Below are positions 53,908 to 62,791 of a stretch of 64,000 nucleotides of DNA, one piece after another. Origin of the DNA: a virus (lineage: Duplodnaviria; Caudoviricetes). Where the stretch lies: positions 44,247 to 108,246 of IMG/VR virus record IMGVR_UViG_3300036821_000136; one strand, given 5' to 3'. Within the stretch, counting starts at the first letter, position 1. Each line of letters opens with the position of its first letter. Under the pieces are notes generated by a model. That model had not been told where the DNA came from, did not search any database, and saw only the letters and a program-made list of their open reading frames with translations. The position numbers and the translations under genes were made by a program.

Positions 53908-56611
53908 GACCGCCACCGCCCCTCACGCCCGGCGCGTGCGAGACGCCGCCGCGGACGTCCTCCGGGTACAGGGTGGCGTAGGCCGACTGCTGCTCGAAGT
54001 CGCCGGGCATGTCGGGGTCGTAGCCGGGCTGACCGTGGGGGCCGGTGCCGACCGGGACCAGCCCGGCGGCGAGCGCGTCGACGTGCGCGCGGGTGCCCTC
54101 CGGGTCCTTGTCCCACAGCTGCTTGTAGTGGTCGAGGCGGGCCTGCGGGAACTTGCCGACCCGGATCGCGGCGGCGAGCACGTGGTCGCGCTCGTCGACG
54201 CGCAGCTGCCGGACCGCCGCGTCGCCGGCCAGGGCCCGCTGCTGGTAGTCCCGCAGGATCTCCGAGTCGACCAGGTAGGTGCCCTCGCTGATCGGCGGCG
54301 TCACCGGCCCGCCGTCGCCGTCGCCGGCGGCGGCCTGCGCCGGGTCGAACACGGGCGCCGGCGGCGCGGCCAGCGCCGCCGCGAGCTCGGCCGCGGTCAC
54401 CTCCTCGCCGTCCTTCTTGCCCAGCCGCGAGCGGATCGCGGCCATCTGGTCCGTGGTGAAGTCCACCTCGGCTCCCTTCTGACTGGCCGCCGTGGGGGCG
54501 GCTGACATCGGGTCGTGCACGTGGTTGTGCACCCCGTCGTTGGTGTGGGCGTGCACGTGGGCGTGGGTCATGTCGCCGCCCTGGCTGCCGAACGCCGAGT
54601 GCGGGTGGGTGTGCTCGCCGTCGAACGGCCCGTGGGTCTGCGCGCCCGCATACGCGCGGCTGGCGACCGCGGCGGCCACCTCGCCGGGGGCGTCGTCGGG
54701 GTCGTAGATGCCGAGCATGTCCATCAGCTGGTCGACGATCGACTCGGCGGCGGTGATCATGTCCAGCGCCTGCCCGGCCGCCTCGGGCACCGCCTTGCGG
54801 TCGACGGTGGCGCCCAGGTCGGACGCCTCGTCGAGCACCGCGTCGAGGCTGGCGATGAGCATGTTCACGTTGTCGTCGGCGTCGGTGTCGCCGACCGCCG
54901 CCCGGATCGCCAGCAGCCGGTCCAGCCGCGCCGCCGCCGCCGCGGACCCGGTGTACTCGGGGGCCTCGTTCCCGGCGTCGGTGATGTGCTTGGCCAGGTG
55001 GTTGTAGGCCATCTTCTTGTCGTCGGCGGAGACGCCCGCCAGGCCGCCGCGGCCGCCGTTGAGCGCGCCGATCGCCGCCGAGCAGGCGGCCAGGTTCGCC
55101 TCGCCGACCTTCCCGTCGCTGCTGACCTCGTGGTGCGGCAGCTTGGAGGCGGTCTTGGTGTCGGCGGGCAGCGCGTACAGCGCCTTGATCGCCGACGTCG
55201 ACGGGTCCTCGCCGAGGTTGGTCTGCGCCTGCTGCCCGTCCCACGCGCCGGTGGACGCGGCGCGGATCCCGGCGGCCGACGCGGCCCGGCTGGCCCACGC
55301 GGCGGCGACCCGCCGCCCGGCGCCGCCCTTGGCCTGCTCGACCTGCCCGGGCGGCGCGTCGATGTACTGCACCAGCACGGCGGTCTGCGGCCCGAAACTG
55401 ACCGTGCCGGGCGCCTTGGCGTCGAGCACGACCGGGACCTTGTACAGGGTGCCGTCGGCGTCGTCGGACACGATCAGCGTCGGCGGGTCCAGCTGCAGTT
55501 CGATGATCCACTGGGACCAGGGCGCGGCCTCGTAGAACGCGCGGCGCACGTCGTCGATGGTGGTGGCGGTCCCGGCGGCGCGGAGCAGGGGCGTGCTGCC
55601 CGGCGGCGATGGCATAAGTCCTCCCGGGGGAAGGTCGAGGGTGAACCGGGCGGCGGCCTCGGCCGGCTCGGGCGCGGCGGGCAGGGCGATGCCGTACAGG
55701 GCGGCGATGTCGTTGAGGCCGGCGATGGTGCCGACCCCGGGCGGGGTCACCCCGAGCAGGGCGACGGCGGTGATCACGAACGGGTGGGTGTGGCCCTGCT
55801 GGCAGATGAAGTTCCAGCAGCCCTCCACCGACCGCTTGGGGTAGGCGGACGGCAGGATGCCGCCGAGCCAGTCGGGCATCCCGGCGTAGTCGCCGAGGAT
55901 CTTGGTCTGCGGGTCGTTCAGCCGCAGGTTGACCACCGACCCGATGGCGGGCTCGCCGTCGAAGTCGAAGCGGGGGTCGCTGTGGCCGAGCTTGATCACC
56001 GGCCAGCCGACCGACGGGCACTGCGCCGCGGCGACCGCCGACTGCAGGTCGCCGGTGGTGAACGACGCCAGGCCGGTGGACAGCTCCCACTCCCCGGCGG
56101 CGATCAGCTCGACGTCATCCCAGTGCCCGGTCGCCGCGCCGGTGGAGACGGGCGTGGCGGCGGGCGTGGCGGCGGTGACGGCGGGGCTGTCGGGCAGCGC
56201 GCCGGGCACCTCCGGCGCCGGGGAGGCGTCGCCGATGTCCAGGTGCAGCGCGATGTCCTGCGCTTCTTCCTTGGTCTTGTGGCAGGCCAGCAGGTGCCCG
56301 TCGCCGTCGACGAGGCCGTGCGGCGTGGCCGCCGGGCAGTCCGGGTGGTTCTCCACCACCGTGTGCGGCCCGGCGCCGGGGACCACCGTCGACGCGGCGC
56401 GCGCTGACCCGACGGGCTGCTCGGGCTCGCCCATCGCCGACAGCGTCGACGCCAGGTCGATCGCGTCGGCCAGCTCGGCGTGGCACTGCACCACCTGCCC
56501 GCCGGGGTCGACGGTGGCGTGCGGCGCGAACGCCGGGCAGTCGGGGTGGTCCTCGGCGGCGGTGTAGCCGGCGCCGTCGTCGCCCTGCGCGTACGCGGTG
56601 CCGGTCATCAC
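53900..56611 (-). CDS. Mu gpI-like capsid maturation protease-scaffold polyprotein
   Basis: VELIAAGEW, IKLGH, GEPAIG, AYPKRSVEG, ITAVALLG.TPP; C-terminal scaffold AAIR.GKFP.AR. Confidence 0.8.
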   Translation of the reverse strand: MMTGTAYAQGDDGAGYTAAEDHPDCPAFAPHATVDPGGQVVQCHAELADAIDLASTLSAMGEPEQPVGSARAASTVVPGAGPHTVVENHPDCPAATPHGLVDGDGHLLACHKTKEEAQDIALHLDIGDASPAPEVPGALPDSPAVTAATPAATPVSTGAATGHWDDVELIAAGEWELSTGLASFTTGDLQSAVAAAQCPSVGWPVIKLGHSDPRFDFDGEPAIGSVVNLRLNDPQTKILGDYAGMPDWLGGILPSAYPKRSVEGCWNFICQQGHTHPFVITAVALLGVTPPGVGTIAGLNDIAALYGIALPAAPEPAEAAARFTLDLPPGGLMPSPPGSTPLLRAAGTATTIDDVRRAFYEAAPWSQWIIELQLDPPTLIVSDDADGTLYKVPVVLDAKAPGTVSFGPQTAVLVQYIDAPPGQVEQAKGGAGRRVAAAWASRAASAAGIRAASTGAWDGQQAQTNLGEDPSTSAIKALYALPADTKTASKLPHHEVSSDGKVGEANLAACSAAIGALNGGRGGLAGVSADDKKMAYNHLAKHITDAGNEAPEYTGSAAAAARLDRLLAIRAAVGDTDADDNVNMLIASLDAVLDEASDLGATVDRKAVPEAAGQALDMITAAESIVDQLMDMLGIYDPDDAPGEVAAAVASRAYAGAQTHGPFDGEHTHPHSAFGSQGGDMTHAHVHAHTNDGVHNHVHDPMSAAPTAASQKGAEVDFTTDQMAAIRSRLGKKDGEEVTAAELAAALAAPPAPVFDPAQAAAGDGDGGPVTPPISEGTYLVDSEILRDYQQRALAGDAAVRQLRVDERDHVLAAAIRVGKFPQARLDHYKQLWDKDPEGTRAHVDALAAGLVPVGTGPHGQPGYDPDMPGDFEQQSAYATLYPEDVRGGVSHAPGVRGGGGRA

Positions 56612-58935
56612 TCGCCCCCGTCGCCGGTCAGGTCGGTCAGGTCGGCCGGGTCGCCCTCACCGGGGTAGTCCTGGCCGCTGCCGTCGTCGACCGTCACCGA
56701 CGGGTCCCACACGGCGATGACGGTGCCGCGGCAGCGCAGCTCGCCCTCGCAGTCGACGTAGCCGCCGTTGACGTAGTTGTCTTCCGCCTCGCCGAGGGTG
56801 GCGAAGTCGGTGCCGTCGATCGCGGCGCACGGCTCGCACGTGTTCTGGTCGAGGATCTCGCTGGCGGTGTAGGTCGCCTCGGCGGGCGCGGCCTCCAGCG
56901 CCGACAGCCGCCCCTGGTTCTGCGCGGCCATCAGCGCCGCCGACAGCTGGTCGATCAGCGGGGTGGGTGACAGCCCCTGCAGGGTGACCAGCACGTCGCC
57001 GGCCGCCTGCGGGCCGGTGGTGGTCGCGTCGGTGATCCGCAGCGCGCGGGACGCGGCCGCCGACGCGAGCCGCTGGCCCATGATCGCCGAGCGGGCTTTC
57101 GCGATCTGCACCAGCCGGGCCTCGTCGATCGAGGCGCGCGCCGGGTCGATGGTGACCCCCTGCTGCGCGGCCTCGGCGGCGACCCGGCGGACCGCGGAGT
57201 GCGCGGCGGTGATCATCGCCTCGCGCAGCAGCGCCTCCCCGCCGCCGTCGGGCGCGGCCAGGCCGGCGAGCGCGGCCAGGTCCGAATCGGACACGGCGGC
57301 GTTGACCTGATCGGACAGGTCCTGCCGCTGGGTGCGCAGCACCGCCGCCCACTGCCCGGCGAGCTGGTCGACGGCCAGGTTGAACTGGTCGCGGATGCCG
57401 GGGAAGTCGGCGCCGGACGCGGCCTCGACCGGGGTCAGGTGGCGGCGCAGCCCGAACGGCGGCGGCCCGGCCGGCGCCTGCGCGCGGGCCCGCCGGCGCC
57501 ACCAGCGGGGGCGCGCCTGGACCTCGCTGCCGCCCGGGGCGGGCGTGCCGCCCGGGGATGGTGGGGCGGGCTCTGTTCCGCCGGGCGCGGCCGGGGTAGG
57601 CTGCCCGTCACCGGGGACGGTACCGGGCCCGGCCGGGGTGGTGCCGGGCCCGGTGCCGGGCGCCGGCGGCGGCGGGTTGACCTCGGCCCGCTCGGGCAGC
57701 CCCCAGGCGTTGCGGATGAACGATTCCAGGTTGGGGTCCGGGGTCAGCGCCCCGGCGAGCACCAGCAGGTTCAGCGCCTCGGCGGTGACCTCGTGCCGGT
57801 CGCCGACGTCGGTCGCGACGATCTTGGGCACCGGCTCGCCCTCGCCCCAGTTGTACTCGACCAGCGACCGGGCCAGCCCCGGCATCGACGGGGAGCCGGT
57901 GGTGGCGGTGTCGCCGACCGCGTCGGCGGCGGCCTGCAGGCCGAGCAGGAACAGGTCGAGGAACGACTCGCCGAGCGCCCGCGACCCGTAGGTGCCGTGC
58001 GCCAGCTCGACGATCTGCGCGAGCGCCGACCCGCTGATCTGCTGGTCGAGGTACTGCAGGAACCCGATCGCGTCGGGCGCCGATCCGGTCAGGCCGGTGA
58101 GCTGGAAGTCGAACCCGTCGGGCAGCCCGGCGCCGGCGGTGTCGCCGACGCGCATCCCGGCGGCGAGCCGCTGCGCCTCGATGAGCATCGCCGGGGTGGC
58201 GCCGGGCGGCGCGTGCACGGTCGGGACGCCCATCCCGAACCGGCGGATCGCCGTCGCGTGCACCCGCAGCGTCTCGTGCTTGAGGATCCACGGCGTGTAG
58301 CAGGACCGCAGCATGGACACGCCCGCCCAGTTGGCGCCCTCCCGCTCGTGGGCGTACCACAGCAGCCGGTTCGCGGCGACCGGCTCCTGCTGGGTGTTCT
58401 GGAACACCTGCCGGACCTGGCCGTCGTCGGCGATGTCGATGATGGCGATGGTGTGCGGCTGGCGTTCCTGCACCCCGGCCAGGTGGGTCAGCCCGGCGCG
58501 GACCTCGAACCACTGCTCGAACGGCATGTGCCCGTAGACCAGGTTGAGCAGCGCCAGCCGCACGTGGTCATGCCAGGTGAAGCCGCGCACGGGACTGTCG
58601 GTGACCGGCGCCTTCTCGCCCAGCACCGGCAGCCCCAGGTCGGTGGCGACCAGGTCGACGGCCTCGGCCCGGTCGACGCCTTCCGGGTCGACCGCCCAGG
58701 TGGTCCGCAGGATCGGCAGGAAGAACGCCGACAGCACCGACGTGATGCGGGCGTCGCGGCGCATCCGCCCGTAGGTCCGCACCGATTCGGGCCAGGTCAG
58801 GTCCGGGACGGTCTCGGCCCACTCGGTCAGCAGCCCGCCCTGGCCGGGCAGCCCCCACAGCACGTCGGGGTGGCCGACGGGTGACGTCGGCACGCTGCCG
58901 GGCGCTACGCGCATCCCGTTCATCGACGGCGGCAA
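56608..58935 (-). CDS. portal protein (DUF935/Mu gp29-like) fused to a MuF-like head morphogenesis domain
   Basis: L.WPES..Y.RMR.D, YGH..FE, G.S.LR..Y..W..K, RFGMGVP; C-terminal SEILD.NTC..C...C.G..RCRG; start approximate. Confidence 0.85.
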   Translation of the reverse strand: MPPSMNGMRVAPGSVPTSPVGHPDVLWGLPGQGGLLTEWAETVPDLTWPESVRTYGRMRRDARITSVLSAFFLPILRTTWAVDPEGVDRAEAVDLVATDLGLPVLGEKAPVTDSPVRGFTWHDHVRLALLNLVYGHMPFEQWFEVRAGLTHLAGVQERQPHTIAIIDIADDGQVRQVFQNTQQEPVAANRLLWYAHEREGANWAGVSMLRSCYTPWILKHETLRVHATAIRRFGMGVPTVHAPPGATPAMLIEAQRLAAGMRVGDTAGAGLPDGFDFQLTGLTGSAPDAIGFLQYLDQQISGSALAQIVELAHGTYGSRALGESFLDLFLLGLQAAADAVGDTATTGSPSMPGLARSLVEYNWGEGEPVPKIVATDVGDRHEVTAEALNLLVLAGALTPDPNLESFIRNAWGLPERAEVNPPPPAPGTGPGTTPAGPGTVPGDGQPTPAAPGGTEPAPPSPGGTPAPGGSEVQARPRWWRRRARAQAPAGPPPFGLRRHLTPVEAASGADFPGIRDQFNLAVDQLAGQWAAVLRTQRQDLSDQVNAAVSDSDLAALAGLAAPDGGGEALLREAMITAAHSAVRRVAAEAAQQGVTIDPARASIDEARLVQIAKARSAIMGQRLASAAASRALRITDATTTGPQAAGDVLVTLQGLSPTPLIDQLSAALMAAQNQGRLSALEAAPAEATYTASEILDQNTCEPCAAIDGTDFATLGEAEDNYVNGGYVDCEGELRCRGTVIAVWDPSVTVDDGSGQDYPGEGDPADLTDLTGDGGE

Positions 58936-58984
58936 CTGGGCTTCGCACCTCCGGCGGCGGCCCGCGTGGGCTACCTTCTTGGGC

Positions 58985-59338
58985 ATGGACCTGGGCTGGA
59001 TCCGCCGCGCCGGGTCGCCGCGGTGGGAGCTGCGCGGTTCCGACGGCGCCCTGGTCACGCTGGCCGACGAGGCGGGCCGGCTGCTGGCGCCGGCCGCGCC
59101 GGGGTGGCCGCCGTGGACCGGCGTCCCGGCGGTGGTGTGCGCGCTGGACGGCGGGCCGCTCGACGGGCTGTGGCAGTACCTCGACCTGCCGGCCGGCGAG
59201 GAGCCGCCCGCCGAGCTGATGCTGGAGCTGACCGGCGGCCGCCCCCCGGCGGCGTACGTGCTGTCCGCGCAGGCGTGCGGGCACGGCCGGGCCTGCCCGT
59301 TCCCGTACCGGTACCTGCCCCCGCCCCGTAGCGGATAG
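58985..59338 (+). CDS. hypothetical protein (probably leaderless)
   Basis: TACCTT 7 nt before the ATG; high GC3. Confidence 0.6.
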   Translation: MDLGWIRRAGSPRWELRGSDGALVTLADEAGRLLAPAAPGWPPWTGVPAVVCALDGGPLDGLWQYLDLPAGEEPPAELMLELTGGRPPAAYVLSAQACGHGRACPFPYRYLPPPRSG

Positions 59339-59474
59339 TGACGGGTTGACCCCGGCGCGTTGGCTCCGGTAGGTTCGGGCAGCAGCGCGCGGCCAGGCCG
59401 GGGCGGCGGATGCTGCCCGCCCCGGTCCCCCGCGCGCCCCGTCCGGTAGCTCGCCAGGGAAGGGAACCCCCGCC

Positions 59475-59693
59475 ATGCCCGACACCACGCAACCGCGCCC
59501 CCGCGTCGGCCTTGACCTCGACCACTGGCTGGAGGAGTGCGGGCCGACCACGGCGGAGATCGCCGCGGCGGTCGGGCAGATGCCCGACATCGTCGCCCGG
59601 GGCAGCGGCCACGCCAGCGGCACCGGCCTGCCCGGTCACCTGCACGTCGGCGGCGCGCTGCGGCTCGGCGGCTTCCTCGGCAGCGGGTGGTAG
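59475..59693 (+). CDS. hypothetical protein
   Basis: GGAAGGG RBS. Confidence 0.55.
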   Translation: MPDTTQPRPRVGLDLDHWLEECGPTTAEIAAAVGQMPDIVARGSGHASGTGLPGHLHVGGALRLGGFLGSGW

Positions 59694-59695
59694 CG

Positions 59696-60073
59696 ATGTC
59701 CCGCGCCGGCCACTGCCTGACCGCCCCCGCCGAGCCGGCCGCCCGGCCGCCGCGGCCCGGGGTCCGCACCGACCCGCGGATGACCGTCAAGATCATCACC
59801 GACGCGGCCGCCGCCGCCGGGTACACCGTCACCGAAACCGACCGCCCGGCCGACGAGAGGTCGCCCCGTCACCGGCGCCGGCTGGAACTCGACATCACCA
59901 CCGACCCGGGCGGCGCCTACCAGTTCCGCGCCTACTTCTGGTTCAACCCCATGACCGGGTTCTGGCGGTGGGACCGCGGATATGAAGGCGCCGGCCTGCG
60001 GATCTTCTCGATCACCCGGCTGGCCGACCGGCTCGCCGAGGCCGCCGCCCGGCAGGCCGCCCCGGCGCGATGA
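59696..60073 (+). CDS. hypothetical protein
   Basis: High GC3; follows the previous stop. Confidence 0.6.
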   Translation: MSRAGHCLTAPAEPAARPPRPGVRTDPRMTVKIITDAAAAAGYTVTETDRPADERSPRHRRRLELDITTDPGGAYQFRAYFWFNPMTGFWRWDRGYEGAGLRIFSITRLADRLAEAAARQAAPAR

Positions 60074-60077
60074 CCCG

Positions 60078-60569
60078 CTACGCCGTCGGCGGCTGCCCGG
60101 GCGGCTGCAACGGCTGGCCCGCCGCCTGCTGGCCCGGCGCGGGCCCGCCCAGCAGGTTCGGCGTGCCCGCCGGCTGCTGGCCTGCCGGGGCCGCCTGCTG
60201 GCCCGCCGGGGCCGCGGCCGGCGGCACCAGCCCGGCGATCGCGTCGACCGACGTCTGGTGCTGGCCCAGCGCCGCCTCGAACGCGGTCACCACCGCCGGG
60301 TCCACCGGCGCGTTCGCGGCGACGGCGGCCTGCAGGTCGGCGAGGACCTGCGCCAGCTTGGTGTTGGAGTCCTGCAAGCTGGCGGTCTCGTCCTGCAGCG
60401 TCACGGTCGCCGCGGCAAGGTCATCCTGGAGAGCCATCACGAGCCTCATTTCCGGTAGCAGCGTGTCGAGTTTGGAACCGTTGGCGGCCGCCTGCGCGGC
60501 CACGGCGGCGAGCTGGCTGCTGACGCCCTGCAGCAGGGCGTACAGCTGGTCGGTCGTGGTGGTGGCCAC
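60078..60569 (-). CDS. coiled-coil protein with QQ..PAG tail repeats
   Basis: GGGAGG RBS. Confidence 0.7.
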   Translation of the reverse strand: MATTTTDQLYALLQGVSSQLAAVAAQAAANGSKLDTLLPEMRLVMALQDDLAAATVTLQDETASLQDSNTKLAQVLADLQAAVAANAPVDPAVVTAFEAALGQHQTSVDAIAGLVPPAAAPAGQQAAPAGQQPAGTPNLLGGPAPGQQAAGQPLQPPGQPPTA

Positions 60570-60603
60570 CGGCGCCTCCCGGGGCGTGTCGTGGGGATAA
60601 CCG

Positions 60604-60765
60604 GTGAACCGTGACCTGCGCCCGGCGGTCGCGGCGCTGATCTGGATCGTGGTCGCCGGCGGCGGCGCGTTCGTGATCGGCTACCGGGAAGGCGTCCCGG
60701 GCCTGGCCGTGATCGCCGCCGTGTGCCTGGTGCTGGCGGTGATCGTGCTGGCCCGCCGCCGCTAA
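60604..60765 (+). CDS. small two-TM membrane protein
   Basis: Hydrophobic 53 aa ending RRR-TAA. Confidence 0.55.
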   Translation: MNRDLRPAVAALIWIVVAGGGAFVIGYREGVPGLAVIAAVCLVLAVIVLARRR

Positions 60766-60770
60766 CTAGG

Positions 60771-62378
60771 TCAGCCCAGCGGCATCGTCAGCAGGTCGTC
60801 GCCGCGGTGCCCGTCGCCGGTGGCCGCCGCGTACGCCGTGGTGATCTGGTCCGGCTTGGCCGGCCTGACCGGGGCGGGCGGCGGCGCCGGCGACCAGTGC
60901 GCGGCCGCGACCCGCGCCGCGTAGGAGAACGTGTCCACCTGGTCGTCGTGGGCGCCGCGGTCGAACGCGGCGAGCTCGTCGCACCACTCCGCCAGCCACG
61001 CCCCGGTCGGGCCGCAGTTGCCGCAGGTGCAGCCGGACGTCTCGGCCGGGAACCACGCCTTGCCCGCGTGCAGCCGCCCGGCGGCCGGGATCGCGCGGGT
61101 GACCTTGTCGGTGTCGGCGGTGACCTCGGCGACCGGCACCCCGGCGGCGCGGGCGTCGGCGACGAGGGTCTTGGAGTAGAACTGGCGTTCCACGAAACAC
61201 ACGTCGAACCGCCACCGCGCCCGCAGCGGGGCGACCATCGAGAAGTGGTCGCCCATCTCGATGCGGGCCCGCCGCCGGTCCAGCAGGATCAGGTTGCCCT
61301 CCCGGTCGATCGCCCACACCGCGACCACCGTCCAGTCCGCCGACGTCTTCTCCGACGCGGCGACGTCGATGGTGGCGAACCGCCACACGGCGGGGTCGGC
61401 CAGGTCGAGGCGCCGGCCCTCCAAGGTGATCCACGCGCCGGCCATCGACCCCAGCCGCGCGGCGGGATCCCCGATCTCGGGCAGCGCCCGCCAGTAGCGG
61501 AACGCGGCCCGGCGGAACAGGTTACCCTCAACCGCCACCGGGTTCTGCTGGTACAGGCCGGAAAACACGTACGCGCTCATCCCGGCCCGCAGCCGCGCGA
61601 AGTAGCCGGGCTCCCGCTTGCGCACCGACGGGAACTCCTGCCCGGGGCGGCGGCCGATCGGGTCGCGGTCCCCGGCGATCGCCGGTATCACCAGCACCCG
61701 CCAGCGCAGCGGCGACGGCCGGGCCAGGATCCGGCCCGCCAGGTCGTCCTCGTGCCAGCGGGTCTGGACCAGCACCACGATCCCGCCCGGCGCCAGCCGC
61801 GGGATGGCGACCGACTCCCACCACTGCCAGTTCGCCTCGCGCAGCCGCGCCGACTCTGCCGCCTCCCGGTCCTTGACCGGGTCGTCGATGACCAGCACCT
61901 CCACGGGCCGGCCGGCCAGCGCGCCGCCGACGCCGACGCAGTACACGCCGCCGCCCTCGGGGGTGTCCCACCGCCCGGCCGCGCTCGAGTCGGGCTGGAT
62001 CCGCACGTCGAGGATCCGCCGGTCGGCGTGCGCCAGGTCCCGCTTGATCTGCCGGCCCCACCGCACCGCCATCTCCGCCTCATAGCTCACGACGGCGATC
62101 CGCAGGCTGGGGTCGTGGGACAGCAGCCAGATGGGCAGCCACCGCGAACAGCGCTGGCTCTTGCCCTCCTGCGGCGGCATGAACACGGCCAGCGCCTCGG
62201 CGGGCACCTTATGGTCGGCGAGCGCGACGAGCTCCCGGTCGATCGCGGCCAGCGCCGGGCTGGTCCCGGTGTTGGGGTCCAGCGCCGCCGCGAGCGCGCC
62301 GGGCGACGCCCACCGGCGCGGCCGCGGCTCGAAGTGCCGGGCGGCGTGCTCGCGCCAGTCGGCCTCGGCCAGGGTCAC
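60771..62378 (-). CDS. terminase large subunit
   Basis: MPPQEGKS, VLVIDDP.KD, QTRWHEDDL.G, LYQQNP, D.A...ADWT, HDDQVD. Confidence 0.95.
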   Translation of the reverse strand: MTLAEADWREHAARHFEPRPRRWASPGALAAALDPNTGTSPALAAIDRELVALADHKVPAEALAVFMPPQEGKSQRCSRWLPIWLLSHDPSLRIAVVSYEAEMAVRWGRQIKRDLAHADRRILDVRIQPDSSAAGRWDTPEGGGVYCVGVGGALAGRPVEVLVIDDPVKDREAAESARLREANWQWWESVAIPRLAPGGIVVLVQTRWHEDDLAGRILARPSPLRWRVLVIPAIAGDRDPIGRRPGQEFPSVRKREPGYFARLRAGMSAYVFSGLYQQNPVAVEGNLFRRAAFRYWRALPEIGDPAARLGSMAGAWITLEGRRLDLADPAVWRFATIDVAASEKTSADWTVVAVWAIDREGNLILLDRRRARIEMGDHFSMVAPLRARWRFDVCFVERQFYSKTLVADARAAGVPVAEVTADTDKVTRAIPAAGRLHAGKAWFPAETSGCTCGNCGPTGAWLAEWCDELAAFDRGAHDDQVDTFSYAARVAAAHWSPAPPPAPVRPAKPDQITTAYAAATGDGHRGDDLLTMPLG

Positions 62379-62674
62379 GGGCGGGTGTCGCCGATCCGGA
62401 CGCGGCCGGACGGCAGCACCACCCGCTCGGCGCCGATGGTGATCCGCGCCCACGCGAAGTAGGCGCCCGCCGGGTAGGCCACGTCGCCGCCGGTGCCGAC
62501 CAGCAGGCCGACCTCGCCGTCGATCCACGCGCCGGTCACGTAGTCGTCGTCGTCGGGCTCGCTGCCGTCGTCGGGCACCAGGCACGCCTCGGGCACCGTC
62601 GTGGTCGGGTCGACGCCGGGCGGGGAGTCGATCGGGATCAGCATGTAGGGCCGCGAGCTGACCGGGATGTACAC
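62375..62674 (-). CDS. hypothetical virion-associated protein
   Basis: Own RBS GGGAGGGG before the GTG; GTGA overlap with terminase. Confidence 0.65.
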   Translation of the reverse strand: MYIPVSSRPYMLIPIDSPPGVDPTTTVPEACLVPDDGSEPDDDDYVTGAWIDGEVGLLVGTGGDVAYPAGAYFAWARITIGAERVVLPSGRVRIGDTRP

Positions 62675-62791
62675 GCGGTCCCCCCCTCCCGGGTCACGAT
62701 GGTTAAGTTCGCCGGCCGGACAGCGTCCGCGCACGCCGCCGTTCCGGCCGGCGAACCGCCCTAAGCCCCCCATCAGGGAAACCCGGACGAC

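Noticed and set aside
58936-59832. N-terminal extension of the portal to 1074 aa
   Set aside because: Overlaps plausible plus-strand genes; portal-like sequence and an RBS begin near 58935
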